Part shown: positions 34,668 to 44,537 of the stretch, piece after piece
How positions within the stretch are numbered: position 1 is the stretch's first letter
How the letters are laid out: every line of letters begins with the position of its first letter
Source of the DNA: an uncultured delta proteobacterium
Lineage (GTDB): Bacteria > Desulfobacterota > Binatia > UBA9968
Assembly (NCBI GenBank): GCA_963745035.1
Contig: CAVUVW010000002.1
Location: 128,001-192,000 of the forward strand
DNA length: 64,000 bases
Direction: 5' to 3'
The notes under the pieces: model-generated
Databases searched by the model: none
Told to the model about the DNA's origin: nothing
Seen by the model: only the letters and a program-made list of their open reading frames with translations
Program-made: the position numbers and the translations under genes

Positions 34668-34755
34668 TTCACCGCGGAGCCGCGGAGGGCGCAGAGTTCG
34701 GAAATTTGTTGATGACGAACTCTTCCCTCGGCGTCCTCCGCGCCTCTGCGGTGAA
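34668..34755. repeat. Long intergenic palindromic (REP-like) element
   Basis: TTCACCGCGGAG-CCGCGGAGGGCGC-AGAGTTCG ... CGAACTCT-...-GCGTCCTCCGCG-CCTCTGCGGTGAA. Confidence 0.8.
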
Positions 34756-34832
34756 GATCCGAATTCGTTACATCTCCGCGCGTCGACGGCCAATCGGTTT
34801 CGTGTTACCAGTTATGAAACAATCGCCGCCGT

Positions 34833-36471
34833 ATGGATGTAGATACTCCGCAGCACGGCCGCGCCAACGTGGCGCGCAACGCCGGGATCATCGGTTTGGC
34901 CGTGATGGCGAGCCGTGTGCTCGGTTTGGTGCGCGACCAGGTTTTTGCCGCCTTCTTCGGCGCCGGGCTTCAATTCGACGCGTTCATCACTGCCTTTCGT
35001 ATTCCCAATCTATTGCGCGACCTGCTCGCCGAAGGCGCGCTCTCTTCGGCCTTCGTCACGACTTTCACTCAGACTCTGAGCGGCAAGGGCAAAAGCGAGG
35101 CGCTTCGGTTATCGAATCGGGTCGCCACCTTGATCATCCTGTCGATCACGACGATTTCCATCGTCGCTTGGATTTATGCGCCGGCCATCGTGCGCCTGCT
35201 CGCTCCCGGTTTCTTCGACGTCCCCGGGAAGGCCGAGCTCACGGTCGAGCTCACCCGCATCATGATTCCATTCCTGTTGCTGATCGCCCTGGCGGCGCAG
35301 GCGATGGGCATGCTCAATGCGTTCAATATCTTCGGTCTGCCCGCGCTCGCCTCGGCTTTTTTTAATCTCGGCTCGATCATCGGCGGGCTACTGCTCGGCT
35401 TCTCTTTGGGACCGATGATCGGCCTCTCGCCGATCGCCGGCATGGCCTACGGCACTTTGATCGGCGGTTTCCTGCAGCTCGCGGTTCAGTGGCCGAGCTT
35501 GCGCCGTTGCGGCATTCGTTATTCTCCCGACTTGAACGTGAGCGATCGCGGGGTGCGCCAAATCCTGCGGCTCATGGGGCCCGCCGTTATCGGCACCGCC
35601 GCCGTGCAAATCAATGTCTTCGTCAACACCAACTTCGCCTCCGCCATCATCGATCCCGGCGACGGGCGCCGTCGTTAACGGCCCGGTTTCCTGGCTGAGC
35701 TATGCGTTTCGCTTCATGCAGTTTCCCATCGGCGTCTTCGGCGTCGCCATCGCCACCGCGGCGCTGCCGAGTCTATCCCGCAGCACGGCTAATCCCGATA
35801 ACATCGAGTTTCGGCAAACTTTGGCGCATTCTTTGGCTCTGGTATTTCTTTTGTGCATTCCATCGGCCGTCGGCCTCGTGGTGCTTGGCCGCCCCATCGT
35901 CGCGCTCATTTTCGAGCATGGAAAATTTACCAGCTTCGACACCGTCCAAACCGCCAATGCCCTGGCGGCCTACTCACTCGGCCTTGCCGGCTACGCCGCA
36001 GTCAAGGTGTTGTCGCCTGCCTTCTACGCCCTCAACGATGCGCGCACGCCGATGCTCGTGAGCCTGGGCTCCATCGCCGTGAACTATGCGATGAATACCC
36101 TCCTCGTCGACCGTTTCGGCCACGTCGGTTTGGCGTTCTCGACCTCCGCCGTCGCGCTGGTGAATTTCTTGCTGCTCGCGCTGCTCATGCGCCGGCGCAT
36201 CCGCAGGCTCGAAGGCCGGCGCCTCGGCAAGACCGTGCTGCGGATCTCAGCGGCATCGCTGATGATGGCCGCCGCCGCGTGGATCGCGAGCGAATTGGCC
36301 ACAAATCTGCCTCTCCAGGGACTCGCGCTTCATCTGCTTCAGGTGATCGCAGGTATCGGCTCCGCGGCTTTGGTGTTTTACTTCGCTTGCCGCGCGCTGC
36401 AGGTCGGTGAGTTGGATGATACGATCAACACCATCGCCGGTCGATTCCTGCGCTCAAGGCGACGGAGCTAG
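34833..36471 (+). CDS. murJ: Lipid II flippase MurJ; frameshift near 35660
   Basis: SRVLGLVRD, AFRIPNLLRDLLAEGALSSAF, QFPIGVFG, FYALNDARTP. Confidence 0.93.
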
Positions 36472-36535
36472 CCTCATCACGCATTGACAGCCGCCATCCG
36501 ACTAAATAACAATCCAGCCGTCCAAGGAGGTATCC

Positions 36536-37021
36536 ATGCCTAAAGTCACTTCGCTCGGCCACTTGGGTTTTTATGTGCGCGACATGGAGCGGTCCGTCGC
36601 GTTTTACCGCGACATTCTCGGCCTGCAGGTAAGCGACCGCAGCCCGCGCGGCGCCGTGTTCATGACCGCGCAGGATCGTTTGGCCGAGCATCATGAGCTT
36701 TACCTCGCGCCGGGACGCAACGACGAAGGCAACGTGAACGTGATTCAGCAGATCTCCTTTCGCTGCGCCACCCTCAAGGACGTCAAAGACTTTCATCGCG
36801 TGTTCGTGGACAACAACGTGCCGATCAACCGGGTCGTGAGCCACGGCAATACGGTCAGCATCTACGCCCAGGATCCCGACGGCAATTCCGTCGAAGTCTA
36901 CTGGCCGAGCGGCGTCGACGTGCCGCAGCCTTTCGGCAAGCCAATGGACCTGACCAAGAGCGACGCGGAAATCCGCGAGCAACTGAATCAGATTCTCAAA
37001 GAGTGGGAACAGTCGGTGTAG
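36536..37021 (+). CDS. VOC/glyoxalase-family protein
   Basis: LGHLGFYVRDMERSVAFYRDILG, HH, YAQDPDGNSVEVY; AGGAGG RBS. Confidence 0.9.
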   Translation: MPKVTSLGHLGFYVRDMERSVAFYRDILGLQVSDRSPRGAVFMTAQDRLAEHHELYLAPGRNDEGNVNVIQQISFRCATLKDVKDFHRVFVDNNVPINRVVSHGNTVSIYAQDPDGNSVEVYWPSGVDVPQPFGKPMDLTKSDAEIREQLNQILKEWEQSV

Positions 37022-37088
37022 CGCGTGTTAAGAGGGCCGACCGCAAGGCTAAATGATCATTTGGCGCGAAAACAAACGGGAGGTAACG

Positions 37089-37754
37089 ATGCCGCATATT
37101 CCTTACGTCGATCCTGAAACCGTCGCCGATCCGGAGATCAAAGGCTATCTCGAGCGCGCGCGCCGCGAAGGCACGCCGCGGCCGGAGAGCCAGGCCGTTC
37201 GCGCGCACGTGCCCAATGTCATCCGCGCCTTCTCGCAGGCCTGGGAGCTCACTTTCCGCAACGGCGTCGCCGATCATGCGCTCAAGGAGCTGTGCCGCGT
37301 CTACGTTTCCAAATCGATCCAGTGCGAGTATTGAGGCGTGCAGCGCTCCGTCCAGGCTGGACGGCAGGGCCTCACCGAAGAGAAATACGACGAGCTTCTC
37401 AACTTTTCCGACTCGGACAAATTCACCGAGCGCGAAAAGGTCGCGCTCACCTACACCAGCGCGATCGCCTGGAATTCCGACATCGCCGACGACGCGCTGT
37501 GGGAAAAACTGCACCAGCACTTCACGATACCCGAGCTGGTCGAGCTCGGCTTTTTCATCGGCCTCACTCTGGGCCAGCAGCGCTGGATCAAGACCCTGGG
37601 CATCGATCACGGCGCGGTGCTAGGCGACACCACCGCAGGTCTGGCGCCGACCGTGCGAGCTATTGAAACAAGGCAACACTTACAACACGTGAAGAAGTTT
37701 TCGAGGCGTCCTATGCCTCTCCCTCTGGGAGAGGCCGCCGCAGAGCGGCGCTGA
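37089..37754 (+). CDS. AhpD/CMD-family probable selenoprotein (C79-E-Y-U82)
   Basis: ORFs 37053-37334 and 37338-37754 are in the same frame and separated by one TGA (37332-37334). It sits at the second Cys of the CxxC motif (KELCRVYVSKSIQCEY*G) and is followed by a SECIS-like hairpin. Confidence 0.85.
37332..37374 (+). promoter_or_regulatory. Bacterial SECIS-like stem-loop
   Basis: TGAGGC/GCCTCA lower stem; CCGTCCA-GGC-TGGACGG upper hairpin with G-first loop 20 nt after the UGA. Confidence 0.78.
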
Positions 37755-37859
37755 GGGACTGCGGCACTCCCGCGCACTGGCCGAGCAAGCCTTTCTGGAC
37801 CCGCGCCAATCACCAAGCACGCACGCCCTCACCCCTCCCTCTCCCAAAGGGCGCGGGTG
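37715..37859. repeat. Paired CCTCTCCC-nnn-GGGAGAGG REP-like element between convergent genes
   Basis: GCCTCTCCC-TCT-GGGAGAGGC...TGAGGG and the mirror CCCTCA-CCCCTCCCTCTCCC-AAA-GGG. Confidence 0.75.
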
Positions 37860-39566
37860 TCAACGCCAACAACGCGTCTCATCAACCTCAGCCGATAGCG
37901 ACGCGTAAGTCGTTTCAAGAACCCTCACATCATCCACGGCAAAGATCGATAGCGCCTCGCGCCGATTTCTTACTGTCAGCTCATGGCGCGGCAGCCGCGT
38001 CGTATCCAAACCGGATTGCCGCGCGACTTCATCGGAGATTACCAGTTGGCAGCCGTATTCCTTGGTGGAATCCTGCAGGCGGCTCGCCACGTTCACGGTG
38101 TCGCCGATCGCGGTGACATGCACCGTCGCGCCGTAACCCATGCGCCCCACGACGGCGGGCCCGCAGTGAATGCCGATGCCGATCTTCAGCGGCTGCGCCA
38201 GTTCGTCGCTAAGCGACCGGCTGAGCGCATCGACCCGCTCGACCATGCTTCTCGCGGCGGCCAGCGCCTCGCGGCAGCCTTCCTGCGGTCCGTTCTCCAC
38301 GCCGAACAACGCCATGACGCCGTCGCCGATGAATTTGTCGACCATGCCGCCCGCGCTCGTGATCGCTTCGCCGACGGCTTCGAAGTAGCTGTTCAAAAGA
38401 AAAACCAGATCGTAGGGCAATTTTTGTTCGGCGATGCCGGTGAACGTGCGCAGATCGGCGAACAAAATGGCGATCGTGCGCTCCTGTCCCGCGAGGTACG
38501 AAGGCTGGGCATAGCCGTCGCTCGCCTGCGCGGTGGCCGGCAGAAGCGGTATCACTGAAGCATTTCCGCTGGGTCTGAGCTGGCAGGCCAGCCTCACGCC
38601 GGGCGGCGCGCCGACGCGATCGAGCACGCGCTTTTCGGCGGCGCTCGCCGCCGGCAGCGCCGCCATAGTCGCGCCGACGCGCACCCGGCAGGTTGAGCAG
38701 CGGCCGCGCCCGCCGCATACCGACGCGTGCGGAATGCTGGCGAACCGGCTCGCTTCGAGAACTGAAAACCCGCGCGGCACGGGCACCTCGCGGCCGCCGG
38801 GATAGGTAATCCAGATGCGGCTGCGGCGGTCGATGAGCTGGCGAACCAAGCGAGCGATCAGTACCAGCGCCAGACACCCCCAGAATCCGTAGACAATTCC
38901 ATCGCGCACTCGAACGAGACCGCTGCCATCGCCGATGGCCGACGCGTTCGTAGCCTGCTTGAGCTGGTCGATCCAGGCGGGATTCCGGGCTATGAGAAAT
39001 TCGACTTCCCTCCCGGCTTGAACGAAGCCGAGCAGAGCGAGCACCGGTACGAGAAGAGCGGCCGCGAAGAGCACAATGGCATAGCGCGGAAACCACGGCC
39101 GCAGACGCAGTGAAAAAAACAGGCCGATGCAGCCGTGCGTCCACGCGATCGCGATGAGCAACGCCTGCCTGATCCCGAGGACGGGAGTCGTGTGCCACAG
39201 TGCCAAAACCGTTTTCGCATACAGGTCTTCCACGCCGTACCACTCATACGCGAGCCGGGTGCCGGCAAAATGCGTTGCAAGAAGCGGCGGAATACAAAGC
39301 CCAAGCACGAGCTGGAGCGCCTCCCAAAACGGCATACGCAGGTGGTGGCGCTGATAAATCGCCCAGAGCGCCAGACCAAAGTGGATGAGCAGAGAACCGT
39401 AGAACGCAGTCGTGCCGATCGGGTTGCGCCACAACGCAAGAAACCAGATGCGGCCGTTTTCCATGGCGTCGAGAGAGATCAAGCCGAGCGCATGATTCAA
39501 GAAATGGGTCGCGAGATAGGTAAACAGGACGCTTCCGGTGATGAGGCGAATCCGGCGAATGTTCAT
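37860..39566 (-). CDS. Class III adenylate cyclase with membrane His-rich domain and 2Fe-2S ferredoxin domain (CyaC-like)
   Basis: TM helices with HFLNH/H/H/HGC, CGGRGRCSTC...RLACQ, FADLRTFT, KFIGDG, GDTVNVASRL. Confidence 0.9.
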   Translation of the reverse strand: MNIRRIRLITGSVLFTYLATHFLNHALGLISLDAMENGRIWFLALWRNPIGTTAFYGSLLIHFGLALWAIYQRHHLRMPFWEALQLVLGLCIPPLLATHFAGTRLAYEWYGVEDLYAKTVLALWHTTPVLGIRQALLIAIAWTHGCIGLFFSLRLRPWFPRYAIVLFAAALLVPVLALLGFVQAGREVEFLIARNPAWIDQLKQATNASAIGDGSGLVRVRDGIVYGFWGCLALVLIARLVRQLIDRRSRIWITYPGGREVPVPRGFSVLEASRFASIPHASVCGGRGRCSTCRVRVGATMAALPAASAAEKRVLDRVGAPPGVRLACQLRPSGNASVIPLLPATAQASDGYAQPSYLAGQERTIAILFADLRTFTGIAEQKLPYDLVFLLNSYFEAVGEAITSAGGMVDKFIGDGVMALFGVENGPQEGCREALAAARSMVERVDALSRSLSDELAQPLKIGIGIHCGPAVVGRMGYGATVHVTAIGDTVNVASRLQDSTKEYGCQLVISDEVARQSGLDTTRLPRHELTVRNRREALSIFAVDDVRVLETTYASLSAEVDETRCWR

Positions 39567-39833
39567 GAAAGTTGCGTCAATCTACTACGAGGCAGCCGTG
39601 CCGTCTACGCACACGGGTCGGTGATTCGCATCAGCCGAATCCAAAGCGAGTGCATCATCACTGGCGGACGGCGATACGTTTGGGATGCAGCTACGGTGAG
39701 CTAGAACGCTCCTTCGAAAGTACAGGTACGGAATGGTAGCGGCTTGCAACGTAGCCGTTGGTTCCGTCATACCCGCGAAAGCGGTATCGCGTACGAGAAA
39801 GAAGTGAACGAAGGTTTGCCAAGACGGAAGCAA

Positions 39834-40550
39834 CTAGCGGGCTTTAGCCGCCGATAACTTTCGCTCTGGATTTTGGCTCGAAACACCGGCAAGCGTACTG
39901 AGTTGAAGCCAGGATCGTAGAGATCGTTTGAGTTCCGGTAGACCGTCCAGCTCAATGCGACCGGAGTCAAGCGCATACCTCAAAGTCATGTCGCCCATCC
40001 ACACAGCGGTCATTGTGCGAACATCGGTGAAGATATAAAGGTCCGCCTCGAAGCCGGGATCGGTTACGCAGAGGTCTAGCCCGTCTTTATCGCCGACCAA
40101 CCACCAGCGCCGTTTGGACTGAGCCACATCCGAAAACTCGAACTGAACGACAATGCGTCGAGCGGGAAATTGCTGAGGGTCGATGCGCCGCCGAATGTCC
40201 CACATCAACAGGCCGGGATCGAGTTCATCGGTCGTCAGGCGGCTTCGAACCCAACGCTGGCCCCACACGCCGAGCATTTCGACTACCGGACGGAGCTCCT
40301 GCCCTGCATTCGTCGGCTGATATTCCCAACCTTTATCCGAGCGCGCCCGGCGCCTTTCGATGACTCCCGCCGCCTCGAGAAACTTCAAGCGTTTGGAGAG
40401 CAAGGTAGGCGACATAAGCGGCACGCCCTTGCGCAAATCGTTGAACCGCCGGCTGCCGGAGAGCAACTCCCGTAACACCAGCAACGTCCAGCGCTCGGTG
40501 AGAATTTCTGCCGCCTTAGCGACGGGACAGAACTGACCGTAACCTTTCAT
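39834..40550 (-). CDS. HxlR-family winged-helix regulator with C-terminal SCP2-like domain
   Basis: YGQFCPVAKAAEILTERWT, LDPGLLMWDIRR. Confidence 0.88.
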   Translation of the reverse strand: MKGYGQFCPVAKAAEILTERWTLLVLRELLSGSRRFNDLRKGVPLMSPTLLSKRLKFLEAAGVIERRRARSDKGWEYQPTNAGQELRPVVEMLGVWGQRWVRSRLTTDELDPGLLMWDIRRRIDPQQFPARRIVVQFEFSDVAQSKRRWWLVGDKDGLDLCVTDPGFEADLYIFTDVRTMTAVWMGDMTLRYALDSGRIELDGLPELKRSLRSWLQLSTLAGVSSQNPERKLSAAKAR

Positions 40551-40585
40551 GGCAAAAATACTAACGCTAAAGCCGTACGAGCACT

Positions 40586-40602
40586 AGTACATTTATTGTA
40601 CT
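40586..40602. promoter_or_regulatory. Candidate operator AGTACA-N5-TGTACT
   Basis: Perfect inverted repeat between the divergent HxlR and oxidoreductase genes. Confidence 0.5.
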
Positions 40603-40662
40603 TGATCGAAATGGTGACGAGGAGTACCTCCTAGTCAAGAAGATTTTAGCAGGAGGTGTAAC

Positions 40663-42051
40663 ATGCTCGAGCGAAATATTATCGATAGCTTCAGAACGCG
40701 TTTGCGCGGCCCGCTCATGCTCCCCGGCGAGCCCGGCTACGATGACGGACGCGCCATCTGGAACGCCATGATCGACCGTCAGCCGGCGCTGATTGCGCGC
40801 TGCCTCGGCGTCGCCGATGTCATATCGGCGGTGAACTTCGCGCGCGAGCACGGTCTCACTTTGTCGATCAAAGGCGGCGGTCATAACATCGCGGGACTTG
40901 CCGTGTGCGACGGCGGAATCGTGCTCGACATGTCGCTCATGCGCGGCGTTTGGGTGGACCCGAACGCGGGCACGGCCCGCGCCCAACTCGGCTGCCTCTT
41001 GGGTGACGTGGACCGCGAGACGCAGATTCACGGTCTTGCCGCAGTGCTCGGCTTCGTCTCCATGACGGGCATAGCGGGCCTCACGCTCGGCGGCGGTTTC
41101 GGTTATCTCACGCGCCGCTTTGGCTGGAGCAGCGATAACGTCCTGTCGATGGACGTGGTCACCGCGGACGGGCATGTCGTGCGGGCAAGCGAAAGGGAGA
41201 ACAGCGATCTTTTCTGGGGCCTTCGTGGTGGTGGCGGCAATTTTGGGGTTGTGACGAGCTTCGAGTACAAGCTCCATCCGGTCGGGCCCGAAGTCATGGC
41301 AGGCGGGATCGCCTGGTCTGCTGAGCATGCTCATGATGTGATCGAGATGTACCGCGCGTTCACCGAGCAAGCCCCGCCGGAGCTCACTTGTGTCTTGGCG
41401 CTCCGCAAGGCCCCGCCGGCGCCATGGCTGGCGAAGAGTGTTCACGGCCAATCTATCGTCGCGATCTTTGTTTGCCATACCGGCGCGATCAAGGAAGCAG
41501 AAAAACAAGTCGCCCCGATCAAGGCTTTCGGTTCTCCGGTGGGCGACATTATCCAGCCAAGATCCTACGTGTCGCAGCAGAGCCTGCTGGATGGGACACA
41601 GCCGAAGGGCCGGCGCTACTACTGGAAATCAGAATACCTGCCTCGGCTTGAGGCGGAAATGCTCGCCAAGGCAATCGAGCACGCCGAACGAATCGCGTCG
41701 CCTCACTCGGCGATCCTGCTCTTCCCTGTCGATGGAGCGCTCAACCAGTTTCCCGAAGATCACTCCGCCGTGGGAAACCGAGACGCTGCCTTTGTACTCA
41801 ACATCGCGGCGTCGTGGGAAAATGCCGGGGACGATCAGGCGAACATCGACTGGTCGCGTGCGGCTTGGCGCGACATGCGCCGTTTCTCAACGGGCGGTAC
41901 ATATGTCAATTTCCTGACCGAGGAGGAGAGTGACGAGCGCATCCGCGCCGCTTACGGTAAGAACTATCGCGGGCTCGTTGACGTCAAGACGAAGTGGGAC
42001 CCGGAAAACCTGTTCCGGACAAACAAGAACATTGCGCCTGCGAAGTCTTGA
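40663..42051 (+). CDS. FAD-linked oxidoreductase (BBE/6-hydroxy-D-nicotine oxidase-like)
   Basis: IWNAMIDRQP, KGGGHN, LRGGGGNFGVVT, YVNF, KWDPENLF. Confidence 0.93.
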   Translation: MLERNIIDSFRTRLRGPLMLPGEPGYDDGRAIWNAMIDRQPALIARCLGVADVISAVNFAREHGLTLSIKGGGHNIAGLAVCDGGIVLDMSLMRGVWVDPNAGTARAQLGCLLGDVDRETQIHGLAAVLGFVSMTGIAGLTLGGGFGYLTRRFGWSSDNVLSMDVVTADGHVVRASERENSDLFWGLRGGGGNFGVVTSFEYKLHPVGPEVMAGGIAWSAEHAHDVIEMYRAFTEQAPPELTCVLALRKAPPAPWLAKSVHGQSIVAIFVCHTGAIKEAEKQVAPIKAFGSPVGDIIQPRSYVSQQSLLDGTQPKGRRYYWKSEYLPRLEAEMLAKAIEHAERIASPHSAILLFPVDGALNQFPEDHSAVGNRDAAFVLNIAASWENAGDDQANIDWSRAAWRDMRRFSTGGTYVNFLTEEESDERIRAAYGKNYRGLVDVKTKWDPENLFRTNKNIAPAKS

Positions 42052-42132
42052 GGGAAGTAAAGCGGAGCTGTACGTCAACGCGCTGACGTTCTACAAGCAC
42101 TGGGAGTGCTTTAGTTCTGGCGGCAAGGAAAG

Positions 42133-42726
42133 ATGGCCGACTGGATCATTCGTACGATTGAATCGACGGGATACGTCGGCATTGCCCTTCTCATGTTTTT
42201 GGAGAATGTTTTCCCGCCCATTCCTTCAGAGTTCATCATGCCGCTGGCTGGGTTCATGGTGTCAAAAAACGAACGAGCATTGTCGGGAGTCGTCCTCGCC
42301 GGCACGATCGGCTCAGTGATGGGAGCGCTGCCTTTCTATTACGCGGGATATTTTATCGGCGAGGCGCGTCTCAATCGGTGGATCGGCAAACATGGTCGCT
42401 GGCTAACGGTCTCTCAAGAGGACTTGGAGCGAGCGAAAAGATGGTTCGCGAAGCATGGTCCGCTGGCAGTCCTCATATGCCGTCTTGTGCCGGGCTTACG
42501 CTCGTTGATTTCCATACCCGCTGGAATCGCGCGAATGCCGTTGGTCTCGTTTCTGTTTTACACTGCGATAGGCGCAGGTTTTTGGACGGCCATATTGGCG
42601 TACGCGGGTTATCTCCTGGCCGAAAAATTTCAGGAAGTGGAAAAATATCTCAACCCAATTGCGTATGTCGTTCTCGTCGCCATCGCGCTGATCTATGTCA
42701 AACGACTGTTGTCCGCGCGTCAGTGA
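42133..42726 (+). CDS. DedA-family membrane protein
   Basis: ENVFPPIPSE, RLVPGLRSLISIPAG. Confidence 0.93.
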   Translation: MADWIIRTIESTGYVGIALLMFLENVFPPIPSEFIMPLAGFMVSKNERALSGVVLAGTIGSVMGALPFYYAGYFIGEARLNRWIGKHGRWLTVSQEDLERAKRWFAKHGPLAVLICRLVPGLRSLISIPAGIARMPLVSFLFYTAIGAGFWTAILAYAGYLLAEKFQEVEKYLNPIAYVVLVAIALIYVKRLLSARQ

Positions 42727-42811
42727 ACGTCGGTGTGTCGGTAAACTGAATTGTTGCATCGAAGGAATTTGAACCGCGACTGATCTTAGTGCCGGTCGAT
42801 CGCGTGCTCTA

Positions 42812-43390
42812 TCACATCTGCTTTGGGCGAAACGGATGAAAGGTGAATTCGATTTCGCCCGTGCTCTGGTTCTGGTTGCGTTTCTGCCTGGTGATCTGCA
42901 CCGTGGCAGCCCTCGGCTGCGCAGCGTTGATGAGATACACGCTCATCGCGCTTAAATGCCGGTTCTCGAGAGTGAGCCTGTGGGGACCGGCCGGGAGCGG
43001 GCCGGAGACTGCGGAGAATTCCATCTGAATTGTTCCCGAACCGGTGCGGAGCTCTTCAGGCGGGACAAATTCAGATGCGGCGAGTTTCAATTCCAAATTC
43101 CGCCCGTCCAGGCGGACCGAGAGATCGCGCTTCAGCAACGCGGCATAGACCGCCGCTTCGTTCTTGGAAATCGCGCCGTCGCGGTCGCGGTCGATCTCGG
43201 CGATCACCTGTTCAGCGACAGCCACGCCCGGCGTGAGGTTGATTTGCAGCCGGACGCCGCTCGGTTCGATAACCACAAGCGTCGCTTGTAGATACTGATC
43301 ATCACGATGTGCGAAAGCGGCGGACGGGAGCGCAAGTAACGCGAGCAGCAGCGGCAGGCAACAAAGTGTCGTGGTCACCGCTTCCACCAC
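42812..43390 (-). CDS. Exported hypothetical protein (AH-x-DxYLQ family) with EF-hand-like loop
   Basis: Signal peptide ending AFA-H, HRDDQYLQAT, DRDRDGAISKNE; overlaps the DUF3500 gene end. Confidence 0.65.
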   Translation of the reverse strand: MVEAVTTTLCCLPLLLALLALPSAAFAHRDDQYLQATLVVIEPSGVRLQINLTPGVAVAEQVIAEIDRDRDGAISKNEAAVYAALLKRDLSVRLDGRNLELKLAASEFVPPEELRTGSGTIQMEFSAVSGPLPAGPHRLTLENRHLSAMSVYLINAAQPRAATVQITRQKRNQNQSTGEIEFTFHPFRPKQM

Positions 43391-44391
43391 CTTACTCCGT
43401 AATCGTTCGTCGGATCGCGGTAAATCGTGTGGATGTGCTTGGTCGGGTCGCCCCCCAGGCGCTGCGGCGCGTATTCGATGATGACCGTCGGCCCCTGGAT
43501 GCGGAAGTAGGCGGCGCTGCCTTTCTCACTTGGGCCGCTCCACGCGAACCAGGTTTCGGCGATATTCTTTCTCATCTCGTCCATTTTCGCTTTCGCGACA
43601 GCTTCGTGCAGGATGCCGGTCCATTCGCCGGCGAGATCCAGCAGCATCTCGCGCTGCTTCTCGGCTAACGCCGAGCCTTTGATTCCTTCGGGCTGAATCG
43701 TCTGCCCGTCGCGGCCTGGCCCGAGGACAAGGTCGCGCATCTGGAAATCAAGAATGGCCTGCTTGCGCTGCGCTTCGTTCAGCGAACTCAGCAGAGCAAA
43801 ACCCTTGTCGGTCTCGCGCCCGAGGGGGCGCACAGTCTTGCCTTCGAGCTCGTAGATCGCCGGCTGCGCGCCGGTATGGCTAGGAGCGAGCGTGCGTTGC
43901 TCGCCGGCAAAGGTGATGTTGAGGCCGAGATGGTGCCCGCCGAACTGAATCATCCACGGCTCGGTGGTGGAAGGCTGGCCGAGGAACGAGAGATAGTATT
44001 CATCGCGGCCAAAAATCGTCTGCCCGCTCGATTGCTTCAACACCTCGTCGGCCTCGACGATCCGCAGAATCTTCTCGTACCCCTGCGGACTCAACGCCGC
44101 TGCCAGAATCGCCAGCGCACCCTCGCGCTGCGGTTTTGTGAGGTCGCCCACGCGCAAGCCCTGCCGTTTGAAAACTGCGGTCGGAAGATTCGACCAGCGC
44201 TTGCGCTGCGCCTCGTCCTTGAAATCAAAAACGACCTTGCCACGCTGCGCATCGTCAAGAGTCGAGAGAAATTTCGTCGCGGCTGCGACGATCCCCGCTG
44301 TAGGCGCGCCGGCGGTAGAGTTTGTCTGAGCAAATGCGTTCAGCGCAGCGCCAGACAACAGGATCAAAACCATCGCGATCTTTTTGTTCAT
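43375..44391 (-). CDS. Exported DUF3500-family protein
   Basis: WSNLP, QFGGHHL, YFRIQGPTVIIEY, HIHTIYRDPTNDYG. Confidence 0.88.
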   Translation of the reverse strand: MNKKIAMVLILLSGAALNAFAQTNSTAGAPTAGIVAAATKFLSTLDDAQRGKVVFDFKDEAQRKRWSNLPTAVFKRQGLRVGDLTKPQREGALAILAAALSPQGYEKILRIVEADEVLKQSSGQTIFGRDEYYLSFLGQPSTTEPWMIQFGGHHLGLNITFAGEQRTLAPSHTGAQPAIYELEGKTVRPLGRETDKGFALLSSLNEAQRKQAILDFQMRDLVLGPGRDGQTIQPEGIKGSALAEKQREMLLDLAGEWTGILHEAVAKAKMDEMRKNIAETWFAWSGPSEKGSAAYFRIQGPTVIIEYAPQRLGGDPTKHIHTIYRDPTNDYGVRWWKR

Positions 44392-44537
44392 CGCTGGATT
44401 GAAACGTAATCCCAGCCACCGGTCAACACGCACGAGAGCTCATCGAACATATCCGAATCAGTGCAGGTAGCTCTGAATGGAACGAAACAACCGCAGAACT
44501 TATCACCCAAGGGAACTGACAGCTCGCCGGTCGTTTC

